A DNA stretch of 62,312 nt, the filler included, from Choristocarpus tenellus KU-1152 (taxonomy: Eukaryota > Protista > Phaeophyceae), in the NCBI GenBank assembly GCA_964200185.2. It is 13 parts of 13 records of this genome, joined end to end, with 100 filler letters (N's around TTAATTAATTAA, not from the genome) between each part and the next. Parts side by side here need not be neighbours in the genome. Positions count along the whole stretch, not along the records: positions 22,950 to 28,826 come from CAXNAD020009534.1; positions 28,927 to 36,978 come from CAXNAD020005219.1; positions 37,079 to 39,658 come from CAXNAD020026581.1; 10 more parts are not named here. One strand, given 5' to 3'. Below the pieces are notes generated by a model. The model saw only the letters and a program-made list of their open reading frames with translations. It made no database searches and was not told the origin of the DNA. Shown piece after piece: positions 25,894 through 37,161 of the stretch; position 1 is the stretch's first letter; each line of letters starts with the position of its first letter. The translations under genes and the position numbers were made by a program.

Positions 25894-28400
25894 CTAGCCT
25901 TGAAAGTCATTTGTCTCATATCCCATACATGCCATTCGATTTGGTTCACTTAAGGCAGTGATGAAGGTTGACAGGCTCACTGTCCTCAAGCAGTCGACAT
26001 GGTGTTGATCAGTTTTGGAGTAGGAGAGGATACTGTGCAATTTACCTTGGAGGTCAAAGTAGTTGAATGCGGTATAAAAACCCATACATAATCGAATTCA
26101 TAATCCGGATGTACTATCTCATTAGTTACATCTCTCATACACAAAACAAGGTACACCTCACTATTGTCCTATTTTGCACACTCCCCCATGAGAGTGCAGG
26201 CAATGAAGGATTGCTGGAACTCTCAAACCTAAAGCATCTTATTCTGCACACTCCCTCATGAGAGTGGAAGTAAGAGAAGACAGATTGGTTCAACTCTCAC
26301 ACACATCATGTTTATCCCGTCAACGCAGTAAAAGAACACTGATTGCTTCAACTCTAACATACGTCATTCATGTAGTCAACACAGTGTCTACGAAATCTTA
26401 TACCTTCTTTTTTAGATGTGCCAACACATTGATGTACAATCGTGTACCATGATGATCCCTCGCTTAGAGTATGGGTGAAAATTTGAACCAGCCCCCTTCT
26501 GCTGTTTCTCTTCTTGGACGTAGCACTCACTCCCCCAGGCTTGAAGCCTATCATAATTGAATGTTTGGTACATCCTCTCGTTGAGTGAAGTCCTGTGCTA
26601 TCAAACTGGCCCTGAACTATTCAATGGTCCCCTCAGCTGTTGCCTTTATCTTAAATTCAGACTTGGTCTTGACAGGATTTCTTCCTCATATCAAAACCTC
26701 TCCCTCTATGAATGTTCCCTTTATCCATTGTTGCTCCATCTTCTCCATTGCTGTTTGCCATTCTCGCGTGTCAGGCCCGGTGAGTGCCTCTGATATAGAA
26801 GATGGTTCTTGATGGTCTGGAGTAGATATCATTTACTCCCCAGACTTACAAGCCTTGTGTAGGCAGCCCTTTGCTGACAACCTTCCTCGCCAGGGTGACT
26901 CTAATATAGAAGATGGTTCTTGATGGTCTGGAGTAGATATTATTTACTCCCCAGACTTACAAGTCTTGTGCAGGCAGCACTTTGCTGATAACCTTCCTCG
27001 CTAGGGTGCCTTTGATATAGAAGATGCGCTTGATGGTCTGGAGTAGATAATATTTACTCCCCAGACTTACAAGTCTTGTGCAGGCAGCCCTTTGCTGACA
27101 ACCTTCCTTGCCAGGGTGACTCTGATATAGAAGATGGTTCTTGATGGTCGGGAGTAGATATTGTTTACTCCCCAGACTTACAAGTCTTGTGCAGGCAGCC
27201 CTTTGCTGACAACCTTCCTCTGTTTTTCTTTTCTGGCTCCAACCCTGGTCCAGCTAATTCCTCCGCCTGTTTAGACGGTGTCATTCTCCCCTGGCAACAA
27301 ACGATCTGAAGGAGTCCTTTATCTCCACAGTTGTAGCATATTCCTTCGAAAGAACAAGGATCAGTATGATTGATCAGTACACAGTTTAAATATCTTCTAT
27401 TGGTCCTGATCTCGTCCCTGGCAGGGGATCCTGTCGTACTATGGTCTGTACGTTGACCAGTCGTACCTTGGCCGCCTCCTCCGCTGACCTTCTGTGTTCT
27501 TTTTCACGAGTTTATGGTCCCAGCGGCTAGAGTGCTCCCAGGCTCCCGGCGGCTAGCTGATCCTTTCCTCTCTGGTGGAGGCTTAGTTACTGCTCCTGCT
27601 AATGTCCTGCTCCCCTAGTGGCAGGTACAGCAATTGCTTTTCCCATTCTGTAAGCAAGAATCTTGGGGTCTCCAATCGATGGGCATGCCCCCTCAGGGAC
27701 AAGTGTTGTGACGACGGCTCCAGGCCCACAGGCAGATTATTGTGGCTCAGGCTCAGGGTTGCAGCTCCGACTCCATTGCCCCGATTATCTCCGTCATCTT
27801 GTCACAGGGTCCCAGTGCTCAATATTCGGCATGGCATAACGGGTACCCAAAGTATCCCCCTTGACCTCCAGTCCTTGCTCGTTGTCGATCGTACCATATC
27901 CCATGTCTCCTTAGCCTCCAGCTTCCCATTTTTGTCGAAGGTGCAGATCCACTTTGTTGGTATGACGATGATAAGATTATTGCCCGTTTCAGCTTCCTGT
28001 AGCTTATATCGGGTCTTGTGATGAGCTGCACGGGGATCTCGTTCTCCACGCATCCTCCATTGACCTGTACGGGTATCTAGTCCTCCGCGCGTCCTCCGTT
28101 GAGCTGCACGGGAATCTGGTCCTCCGTGCGTCCTTTGTTGAGCTGTACGGTTATTCTTGTCCTTTGCGCATCCTTCATCGATTCCTCTTTCGTAGTTCCA
28201 GTGCGATGTTCGTTCCTGTTCCGTTAGTGTCTCCATGAGTTCAGGACGACGTATTTTCGCCGCAGAATGTCTTTCAGGCCCTTTCGCCAGCAAACCACCA
28301 CAGATAATCTCCATGTTGTCCAAGTCTCCACTAGTCGTGCTGGTGCTCCAGTCCAGTTGGGTAACTTCTTATTTGTCGTTGAGGCCCATCACCTATTACT
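25894..28400 (-). mobile_element. Decayed Ty1/Copia LTR retrotransposon remnant (gag zinc knuckle, integrase C-terminal region)
   Basis: FEGICYNCGDKG at about 27320-27355; LQAWGSECYVQEEKQQKG..FHPYSKRGII at about 26450-26545; STFITALSEPN resembling the pre-RT EPxTFxxAL motif at about 25940-25975. Confidence 0.6.
26787..27220. repeat. 111-bp tandem repeat, about 3.9 units
   Basis: Units start at 26791, 26902, 27013 and 27123. Confidence 0.95.
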
Positions 28401-28926
28401 TTTCTCCGTACCACTAAGACTAATAACCTGTGCAATTTACCTTGGGAGGTAATGCTATTTATCAGTAGTTAAGACAAGAAGGTGTGAAGCCTCACATGAT
28501 CCCCTTTGCTGAACGTGGAAAGAATGAATGGAATTAGAAGAGTGACCTTTGTATACCATAAACCCACATATGGAAGTCATGTACGGACTTTATTTGAAGG
28601 GAAACAACGGAGGAAGCAAGAAACACAATCGGAAGTAGAACATCCAAGTAGTGCATAAGAAATGACTGTCGCCCACCACTTAAACAAAAACCGTTGGTAG
28701 TTACGTTTAATTCAATGTGCACCAAGTTCTCTCTTTGTGTTTGCAATTAATTCACGAAAACATATGTGTGGAAAGCATGTTTGCCTGTTATTATACCGTT
28801 ATTGACGTATGCCATATACCGTTATANNNNNNNNNNNNNNNNNNNNNNNNNNNNNNNNNNNNNNNNNNNNTTAATTAATTAANNNNNNNNNNNNNNNNNN
28901 NNNNNNNNNNNNNNNNNNNNNNNNNN

Positions 28927-29680
28927 CCCCCCTCCTCCCCCTTTGCGATGACTGCCATATGGCACGGTTGGCATTCAGACTTCCCCTCTCCTTACCTTTA
29001 GGGAGGGTCCTCTTCTTCTCCACCCCGACACCACCTGTCTTGTTGATACTTCGACAAATTACTTGCTCTGAACCAGGTTCTCCCTCACTACTACCAGGTT
29101 GCCTTGCTGTTCTAACCTTCATTGCCAGGTGACCCTCATTCCGTTGTGAGTCAATTCCTCCTCTGCTGCTCCCTATATACCCTCCGTTGGAGCTTGCTGC
29201 TCTCGCTGACAAACCAGCCCTCACGCTTTCATGTCCACTACCGACGCCAGGACCTGCACTACTACTGCCACAGCTATACAATGACTCTGATGCAACCCCT
29301 CGAACAATCGACCCGGAGGGAGCTGAGAGGTTCGTTCCATCAGGAGAGTTCATTCCCTCAACTCTGTCATCCCTTGAGGACAAAGGATATTGAGCAGTTG
29401 TCTGTCGTGACCCAAGTCGTCCTGCATTGTATGGTGTTGTTCTATTTTCCTTGACATTGGCTCGGTTGATGATCTGACTTCTTTCTTCCAAGAATGCTGT
29501 TGCACGTTTCCTCCTTTCAAGATCCCTGGCAGCATCCCTTGCGGCCTCAATGCTAAAAGCACCAGCGACATCACAGGCTACAACAACTTCGCTGGCAACA
29601 AGTCTTCCACCCTGAGAAGAGGCAAGAATAGCTGTTGATGGTTGTCTCCTTCTACTCCTTCTAACCATATTATCTCCCAT
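28927..29680 (-). CDS. Low-complexity Ser/Gly/Arg-rich exon of unknown protein, truncated at contig edge
   Basis: Long open frame including ARDAARDLERRKRATAFLEERSQII. Confidence 0.55.
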
Positions 29681-30129
29681 GTATGTTGTTGATGTTGATG
29701 GCCTGGGGAGAGAGGTAGGATTGTCACTGGATATCGAGGGGAAAAAAGAAGACCCCTTGCGTTTCTTCGGGGCGGAGGATTGGCCCCCTTCTTCCTCTCG
29801 GGCAGGGGTAACCTGTCGGTCTGCCCTTGGAAGAACTCTGCCGAGAAATGTTCAAGCAGGGCACATGCCAAAAAGAATGGTACAGCTAAATTGTGCCAAC
29901 AAAGAAGACACAGAAAATTGCCCATTCTCTGTTGGACAAATCAAATTTTGTATGCTTCTAGCAAGATTTTATTGAGGAGCAATCTGGGGCACTTCTCAAT
30001 GGCATGATTACTTCGTTCTCACATCAGAAGTTTACAACACTTTGCAGGTGAAAGATGTAGGATGTGTCACAGGAGATCCTTACAGAGATAGTGCAGTTGT
30101 GTAACATTAACTGAGTGCAAGTACTGACC

Positions 30130-31360
30130 TCTTTTCTGATGGTCCTAACGCTATTCCTTGTATCAGAACTTTATCTTCCTGCTGCGGCATCTCTCCAAGG
30201 TGTGCTTTCGTTGACAATAGCCACTCATCAAGCGGTTGCCCTCGAAAATCTTCACCTAGGCCACCCCAAGAATGATCCTGGAGTTTGTTAACGTCAAGTA
30301 GGGAGGGGGTGATTGGAGTAGAGCTCTTATGTCAACATTAGTGGAGGGAAAATTTCTCCATTTTCTTGATCTGAAGATGCGGGATATTCTTTTGGATGTA
30401 TCTTGCATGCCATGGACATGGTCTATACTTTAAGCCTATTATGTGTCAGAAGGTGGACTGAAGTTGAGTCCTGTGATTCGAGATAGTGGTAGGTGGAAAG
30501 GGTTGAGGTGCTAGACTTGAACCTTGCTCTGCTGAAAGAACTTGGATATTATTTTTTCACTGAAGTGCTGTGAATAGGGTTGGTGTTGATCTAGAACTGA
30601 TCTACCTTCAATTCTGAAAAAGAACATATTAGTCATTGTTGACTGATGCTTGCCTCTTAAGATGGAGGTTGGTAGGTAGGTTGTCTAGTGAAATGTACAT
30701 TAAGGGTTTAAACGCCCCCAGTACTTGAGATGCACTCCATCCTCATACAACCATGGCACCACACATTGCTGCAAAAAAAGTATGCAATGGCGTAGGGGCT
30801 CATCTACCTCACCTCATGCGCATGAAAAAACACCTCCAACCTAATAGTTCATGCCTCTGAGAAGTCGCTGCTGACCCTATCTATAGCCATTACCGTAACA
30901 TCCATAGTCAGTAAAATGAGTTGCCCATACGATAAGCCAAGCTAAAGTATCTAGAGGGTAGAGCCACGTCCGTTTGAGGGCCAAAATCCAATGTTGCGAT
31001 TTTGATGTAATTTTGGCTATCGTGTTTGTTAGGAAGTGTCACTGTCCTTGCTCCAGACACACCTTTTTAACGACGTTTACATTTTACCTACTCTGAAACA
31101 TTTCATAGTATGTAAAATGTCAAAAAAACCCTTTGGGAACCCAAGCCCTAAATGGACAAACAGGGCAAAACTCGTACCCTCTAAGATACTTCCACTCAGC
31201 TTACCAATGTTACAATACCAGTTGCCTCTCGGCGGTGTGCCCTCTTCACAGCATCATTTTCTGCAGTACCAGGTCGGGGAGGCACAAGCCCCATACCACG
31301 TGCACCATGTGGTGATGTTGCAGCAGGTCGTCTTGGCAGAGTTTGGTCTGACATCGATCT
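30130..31360 (-). CDS. Probable exons (about 31205-31360 and 30130-30290) of an unknown minus-strand gene
   Basis: Open frames RSMSDQTLPRRPAATSPHG...IVTL and DHSWGGLGEDFRGQPLDEWLLSTKAHL with GT donors. Confidence 0.45.
30939..31197 (-). mobile_element. MITE family A (reverse orientation)
   Basis: AAGCTAAAGTATCT...AGATACTTCCACTC; flanks AGCC/AGCT. Confidence 0.88.
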
Positions 31361-34300
31361 ATGAAGGGCTAATGTTGAAGGGCATAGACGGAGAATGATA
31401 GGAGGGTCATCACATAATGTGATGGAGAGCTCTTGAGTGATAGCACGGGCAAGGAGGTAGATGTTGTTGTCGGAGAAAATAAATCATAGAAAGATGAAGA
31501 ATGTAGATGTTTCCATTTGTGAAAGCGTTGAATTGTAGTCAAATCTCCTATCCCTAATACTTGGCATGTTCACTTACACAGTTCTATAGACCATAAATGG
31601 AAGAAAATATTGAATATTTGAGAAAAGTCTTTCTTTAGGAAACAGTTTTGAAAAGTAGAATATTCAAGAGAGGATTTTATTTCAACTTCCAACTGCACAC
31701 AATTTTGACAGGAACGTTTCTGGATATCTAGGGCTAAGGTGTGACAATGGTGAACTGACAACACTTTATTGGAAAAGCCCCTTCTTGGACATCTTGCTGA
31801 CAAGATGAATATTAAGGCTAGAAGTGATGATTAAACAGTAGAACATGCATTAGAGTTTATGTGGGGTTTCCTTCCTTAGGATGGCAGCTACGAAATAGTC
31901 ACCACCACATGCTCTGGGCAAAAAGGTATTGTACAACATCATGGTATCCAAAAAGCTTGAAAGGAAGGTCCAGGCTTCCACTCATAGGCACAAGAAATGG
32001 AGTATTTTTCCTTGAGTAGTCTACTCCTTATTCAGAGGGTACATGGCCTGAATTTCCCCACCTTCAATCAAAACCTTTTTCATCTCAAATATCATACTCA
32101 TCTCTACCCCGAATCCTGAACACAAGATTGTCCTAGATCCAGCAATTGCATCTGCCAGCTTCAACTCCAATCGATCCATTGCCAACTGATACCCTAGCAT
32201 GATCCTTCCTCAATATTCAAACATGTTTGATACCTCACCTGACAGCTTGGTCATTCCTTTCAAAGGTGAGGAGCGTGTCCTCCAATGCTTACCAACCAGC
32301 GGGTGGCGCCTGCATGTTGATATAGTTGTTCCAGCTACTCCAGCTGTTCCAGTCGTTCGAGATGATGCCAGGGAATTTTCAAAGTCCTTGAGGTTTCTAG
32401 ATGCATGAAAGCATGGAGAGAGCAGTGATGACAAGGTGAGGTGTGATGGAGGAAGGAAAGGCTCCACTGGTTGGAGATGGGCACGTGATGAGATTGAGTA
32501 GTTACGATAAGCATAGCCTATATTTATATCTAAAATATTCAACAATTACCTTCATGCAACAAAGGAGTATATAGTACGAATACGGAGGGTGTGGGCATGC
32601 AATAACCATGAAAATTACTTTCACGATATTTTGAACTGTCGAAATAAAGGGGGCTTGTTGTGCACAAGGAATCTGAAAGCGTTCCATCTTCCTACTACTT
32701 TTGCCTCCATACATGAGTTATAGAGCACTCACACAGCTCTCCATACATCTAATATATTTCATTTTTTTTTTATATGCTAAAGGTTGGAGTCACAGGATCA
32801 GGATTCGGTACGAATTTTCTCTATACAAGAGCAATATGACTCCAAGTGTGCCAGTTCTCTCAAAGAATTTTCTCAATCGTTTTTGTCGAGTCTGAACACT
32901 ACCTCCACTGTCAATGGCCATCTACTCAGCTGAAGTCATGCTGCATGCAATGAACTCTTTTAGGAGAGGACACTTGACCTTGCAACAAGAGTCAGTAGAT
33001 TTTTGCTAGTTTAAAACACAGTTAGCTTTGTTATTATACAAAAAAAACCAGCATGGTGAAGTTTGACATAACCATGCGTGTCACATGCTCTGAGGGAATG
33101 ACAAAACCTTACCACTTTCGTACTCAAACTCACCTTTGAAATGTCTTACCTTGTCATGCTGTCCCAGTCCACTGACCAGTGTGATGAATTGTTTGCAGTG
33201 CCATTGGCAATGGTTGAAGTGACAGTCTCGTTTCCCACAAAGTTGCACTGTAAATCGTTGCTCTGTTTGTTGTGGGTAATTGTGCTGGTCCAAGGAGACC
33301 AGGCTTCCCCATGGCCCGCTGTTATCAAGTGATCTGCTGAAATGGGAAACCTGTTTCACATACACACAACATATATACATATCATATACAAACACATACG
33401 TGTGTGTGTGCATGCCCGGATTTCAAGAGTGATGTCGAGTCTCAGAGCATAAGTCCAGAGCTTTGAAGCCACTGAACCACCAGGGATACAAGTAGTTACT
33501 ACTCTATACTTGTGGTGAAGCGACCCTGACTCGATTGGAGGTTTTGTGTGGATACATTTTTTTTTCTTAATCAATACAAGGATATGTACACACGCTAGTG
33601 CACTGTGATGGACGTAAGGTCCCCTCTGCTTCTGTGTGAAAATGTAAGTTGCACTATTGGACTATTGAAAACAAGTATGGTACATTCCTTGTGTGGAAGA
33701 GAGTGCTTGAGATGCACAAAAGTAAGTGTGTAATGGGGTGAAAATGGTGATTTTCATCATTGCTGATGCAAGGACGATGAACTGAATGCATTGTTTAATA
33801 TCAAGAGTTCCTCATTGTTACTGGTGCTTGCTATTGGTACGTATAGCCAGCTTTATCCTCAGTCAGAGATTTGAGGGCATGTTTTCCTTGAAGTGAATGG
33901 CACCGGCAAAGGATATTTGAAATGATGACAATGGTCCACCATCAGTAAATAATTATGCTTTATCGAGTAGTACCTATAATGAACCCAATTTGTTTTGTTG
34001 TATTTACGGAAAATACCTGAGTTCATGCTACCTGAGTGTAACGTGTCAAGGAAAATTATAAAGGTCATTATAATAGTTTTTGTTCTTGTTGAAGTCTCAC
34101 CATGAACTAGGGGGGTTGGTGGGTGCTTGAGTCTTGTACTTCTTTGGGTCACTGTATTTCATTTTAAGGAGTTAAAATACATCCAGTAATGACTATACCC
34201 ACCCCAGAAAAGGATACTTGATACCCTTAGAGAGTAAACATCAAAGTATTATCCCTCAGATCTGATCCAGGTACTGTCACTTTTGGAGCTATACTGTACC

Positions 34301-34379
34301 TTTTACCTAGGCACTAGTGACGTCAACCAGATGCTTAGGAACTCCCTCAAGTCTGTTGCTCTGATAAACCGATACACCC

Positions 34380-36675
34380 TTAGGCAAGCTTGACGAACCT
34401 TGGCGTTGGGGCTATGACTGGGGGTGTCACCTCTCCCACTTTTGCCTCCACCAAGTTTGATGTGTCTGTCACAATGACATCCTTCGTTGCTGTACCAACT
34501 GGCATACCCATGTCAGCGCCTCCCTCAGCTGCTTCTGCCAACAAGGTTATTTGTGAAGAATCGGCGATCCCAACTGTGGCAGACGTTGATGAATGCATAT
34601 AACCCTGTAGATTTTCATCTTCCTCTTCAGGAACAAGAGAATCTCCATCTGGTGCAGAAGTTTCCCCTCGACCCCCCTGCCTACCGCCCTGGTCTTGCTC
34701 TCTTGGAGGCTCAATGTTTCCTTCCACTGCTGTCGAGATGTTGAAGGCCCAGTTTGGCATAGAACTTGGGCCTGGGTGGGCATTGTTGATATCAAGCTTC
34801 ATAATTTGTAATTTGCAGGTAAATCATCGGAAGAGATGATCGCCAAAGAAATAGTTCATTGGGCGGAGAAAATCAGTGGTGTGTGTGGGGGATTGGTAAA
34901 TGATTTGGTGTGCAAACCAAATTTTCAACTGCAATAAGTTCAAACATTGTACAAGAAGCTGTATTTCAACAATATGTAATCACAATCGTGTCGCAATGAA
35001 TCAGTACAATGAACCAGTACAATGCCTTTTCTTTGAGACATTCCCGACCCCGACTAATTTTGCATCGATCTTGTAATAGTGGAGACTGCGGTTGAGTTGG
35101 GCGTAAAATAGAATGTGCTGACTGGTTTTGGAATCATTGAAGGGGACTGTCATTTTGAACCGGGATACTAAAAGGAAGATAGTGTGAGAGTGGAAGCAGA
35201 GGTATCTGTTACACGGTCAGAGCGGTATGCAGTTTGCACATAGTTCTTTTTTGTATGACTCTGTGTCAAACGCGAGGGCAAGTATCATACAGAACATCTC
35301 GTATCTTTTTCATGGGTCTGACCTGCTGCTGTGCATCAATGTTTTCTGTCTCAACGCAAAATAGTGAACCTTACATCCCTTGCTGCAGGCATTTACACAA
35401 TGTCCCAGCCTTTTGGCGTGACATTATCATGTCTCTAGTGTCTCATCATACCTCACTTATATCCCTCATCTGTTCCTACCACAATGTTGTTACTCTTTCA
35501 ACATCCCCACCTGTCCAAGCAATGTGCTCCCTTCAGGACTCCATATTGCTGCCAGACCATCCAATGATGCAGTCAGCACTGAAGGAGGATCCATGATCCA
35601 GGCAATACTTGATATCCCCTCTGAGTGGGCTGCCCACCTTAGCTGGAAGGACACTGCAGGGGCTATGAATGCGCAATTGGTCTGGGAACCACCTTTCTTA
35701 TTTCTACCCAGTGCCCTCCTGCCAGTTCCAGCCGTGATCCCAGACCTTGCTTCTTGTCCTAGTCCAAATCGCTTCTGGGCCCTGGTAGAAATACGTCTAC
35801 TGAGATCAGCCTTGTCAGGTCTCAAAGTTGTCCGTACCATTCGGTATGGGTTGTGGTTGGGGCGTCGCTGGGAGGGCACATCCGCAGGGCAGCCCATGGA
35901 GTCAAGCTCTCTAGCGGTTAGCCAAAGTCCAAGCACATCTCCATGCTCATTCCCCACATACAAAACGGTGACTTCTGTAGGAAGGCAATTTTAATGAGAG
36001 GAGGAGGAGAAATGTGTAAGAGGTAATAGCTCGTAGCAGCTCCCTTCATTATCTACACAAGCACTTTACTGTAGTGTGGTATGATGCGCTGCTGCTCTTG
36101 CAATTTGTAAGAGATTTGACTTCAATTCTCATGTTGCTACTGTGTGCTGATATAGAGGGGGAGAGGAGATTACTCTTCTAGTACAGACCTGTAGAGTAGA
36201 TTGACTCCACAATGTAAAGAGATCTCTTTGCCATATCCTAGGAAATATGACAAGGAAGGCCATGCACAACCCTAGCATCTCTTAGGACTGATCGGGGTGG
36301 GGTCAGGATGAGTCAGCGGAAACATCTGTATTCCTGGAGTACAAAGTACTGCTAAACTTCATAATATTAGTGTGTATTTTGGATGTTCAAAGCATGGTAT
36401 TCTACATGCAGGTTGAACTGAGCTGAAGAGAATATTCCTGTGTGATTGTAGAAGGAGAGAGAGGAATATTTCCCACCCACCTACCAGGCAAGTGATTTCC
36501 ATCCTCATCCCTCTCTGGTGGTGTGTATGTTCCCGTCGTGATGCAGATGAGGTTGTCTACAGCTTCCCCTTCCTGGGCAGTGATTGAATGGCTTCCCTTG
36601 TCATCTTTCTCCCCTCGCCTGCCACCGCTATCCCTTTCCCTTGATATTCCCGCATCTGCTGGTGTCAGGATGGCC
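34380..36675 (-). CDS. WD40-repeat protein, partial (exons about 36484-36675, 35511-35974, 34380-34797)
   Basis: YVGNEHGDVLGLW and WAAHSEGISSIAWIMDPPSVLTASLDGLAAIWS WD repeat; AG 35976-35975 and GT 35510. Confidence 0.75.
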
Positions 36676-36881
36676 TGTCAATCCATTAACAGTAGGCATT
36701 AAGGGATCAAGGTGAGCCAAGGTAAGGCAATGCGATGGATTCATTGTGGGCTGTAGGCAAGGTAAGATGTCATACGTACAGTCTATGCACCTCAGGAATA
36801 GATATGTAGTGGGTGCTGAACAAAGAGGGAAAGTACAGAGGCCTCCTGCAATTAGCCTCTACTAACTTCTGTTTGGCCACT

Positions 36882-36978
36882 GACCCAAAGTATCTGGGGG
36901 GGGGGGGGGGTCTACACAGATGGGAAGGGCGTCGTGGGGGGAAAGGGGGTAGATCTGGGGGGGGGCGGTATCATTAAA
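36882..36978. mobile_element. MITE family B left terminus at contig end
   Basis: GACCCAAAGTATCT plus G-run. Confidence 0.7.
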
Positions 36979-37161
36979 NNNNNNNNNNNNNNNNNNNNNN
37001 NNNNNNNNNNNNNNNNNNNNNNTTAATTAATTAANNNNNNNNNNNNNNNNNNNNNNNNNNNNNNNNNNNNNNNNNNNNCTAGGTTTCTACCCCCCGTCCC
37101 TCGTATCCACCTCCAACACATATCCCATCCATTCATGTACATACGTGCGCAACTACAATAG

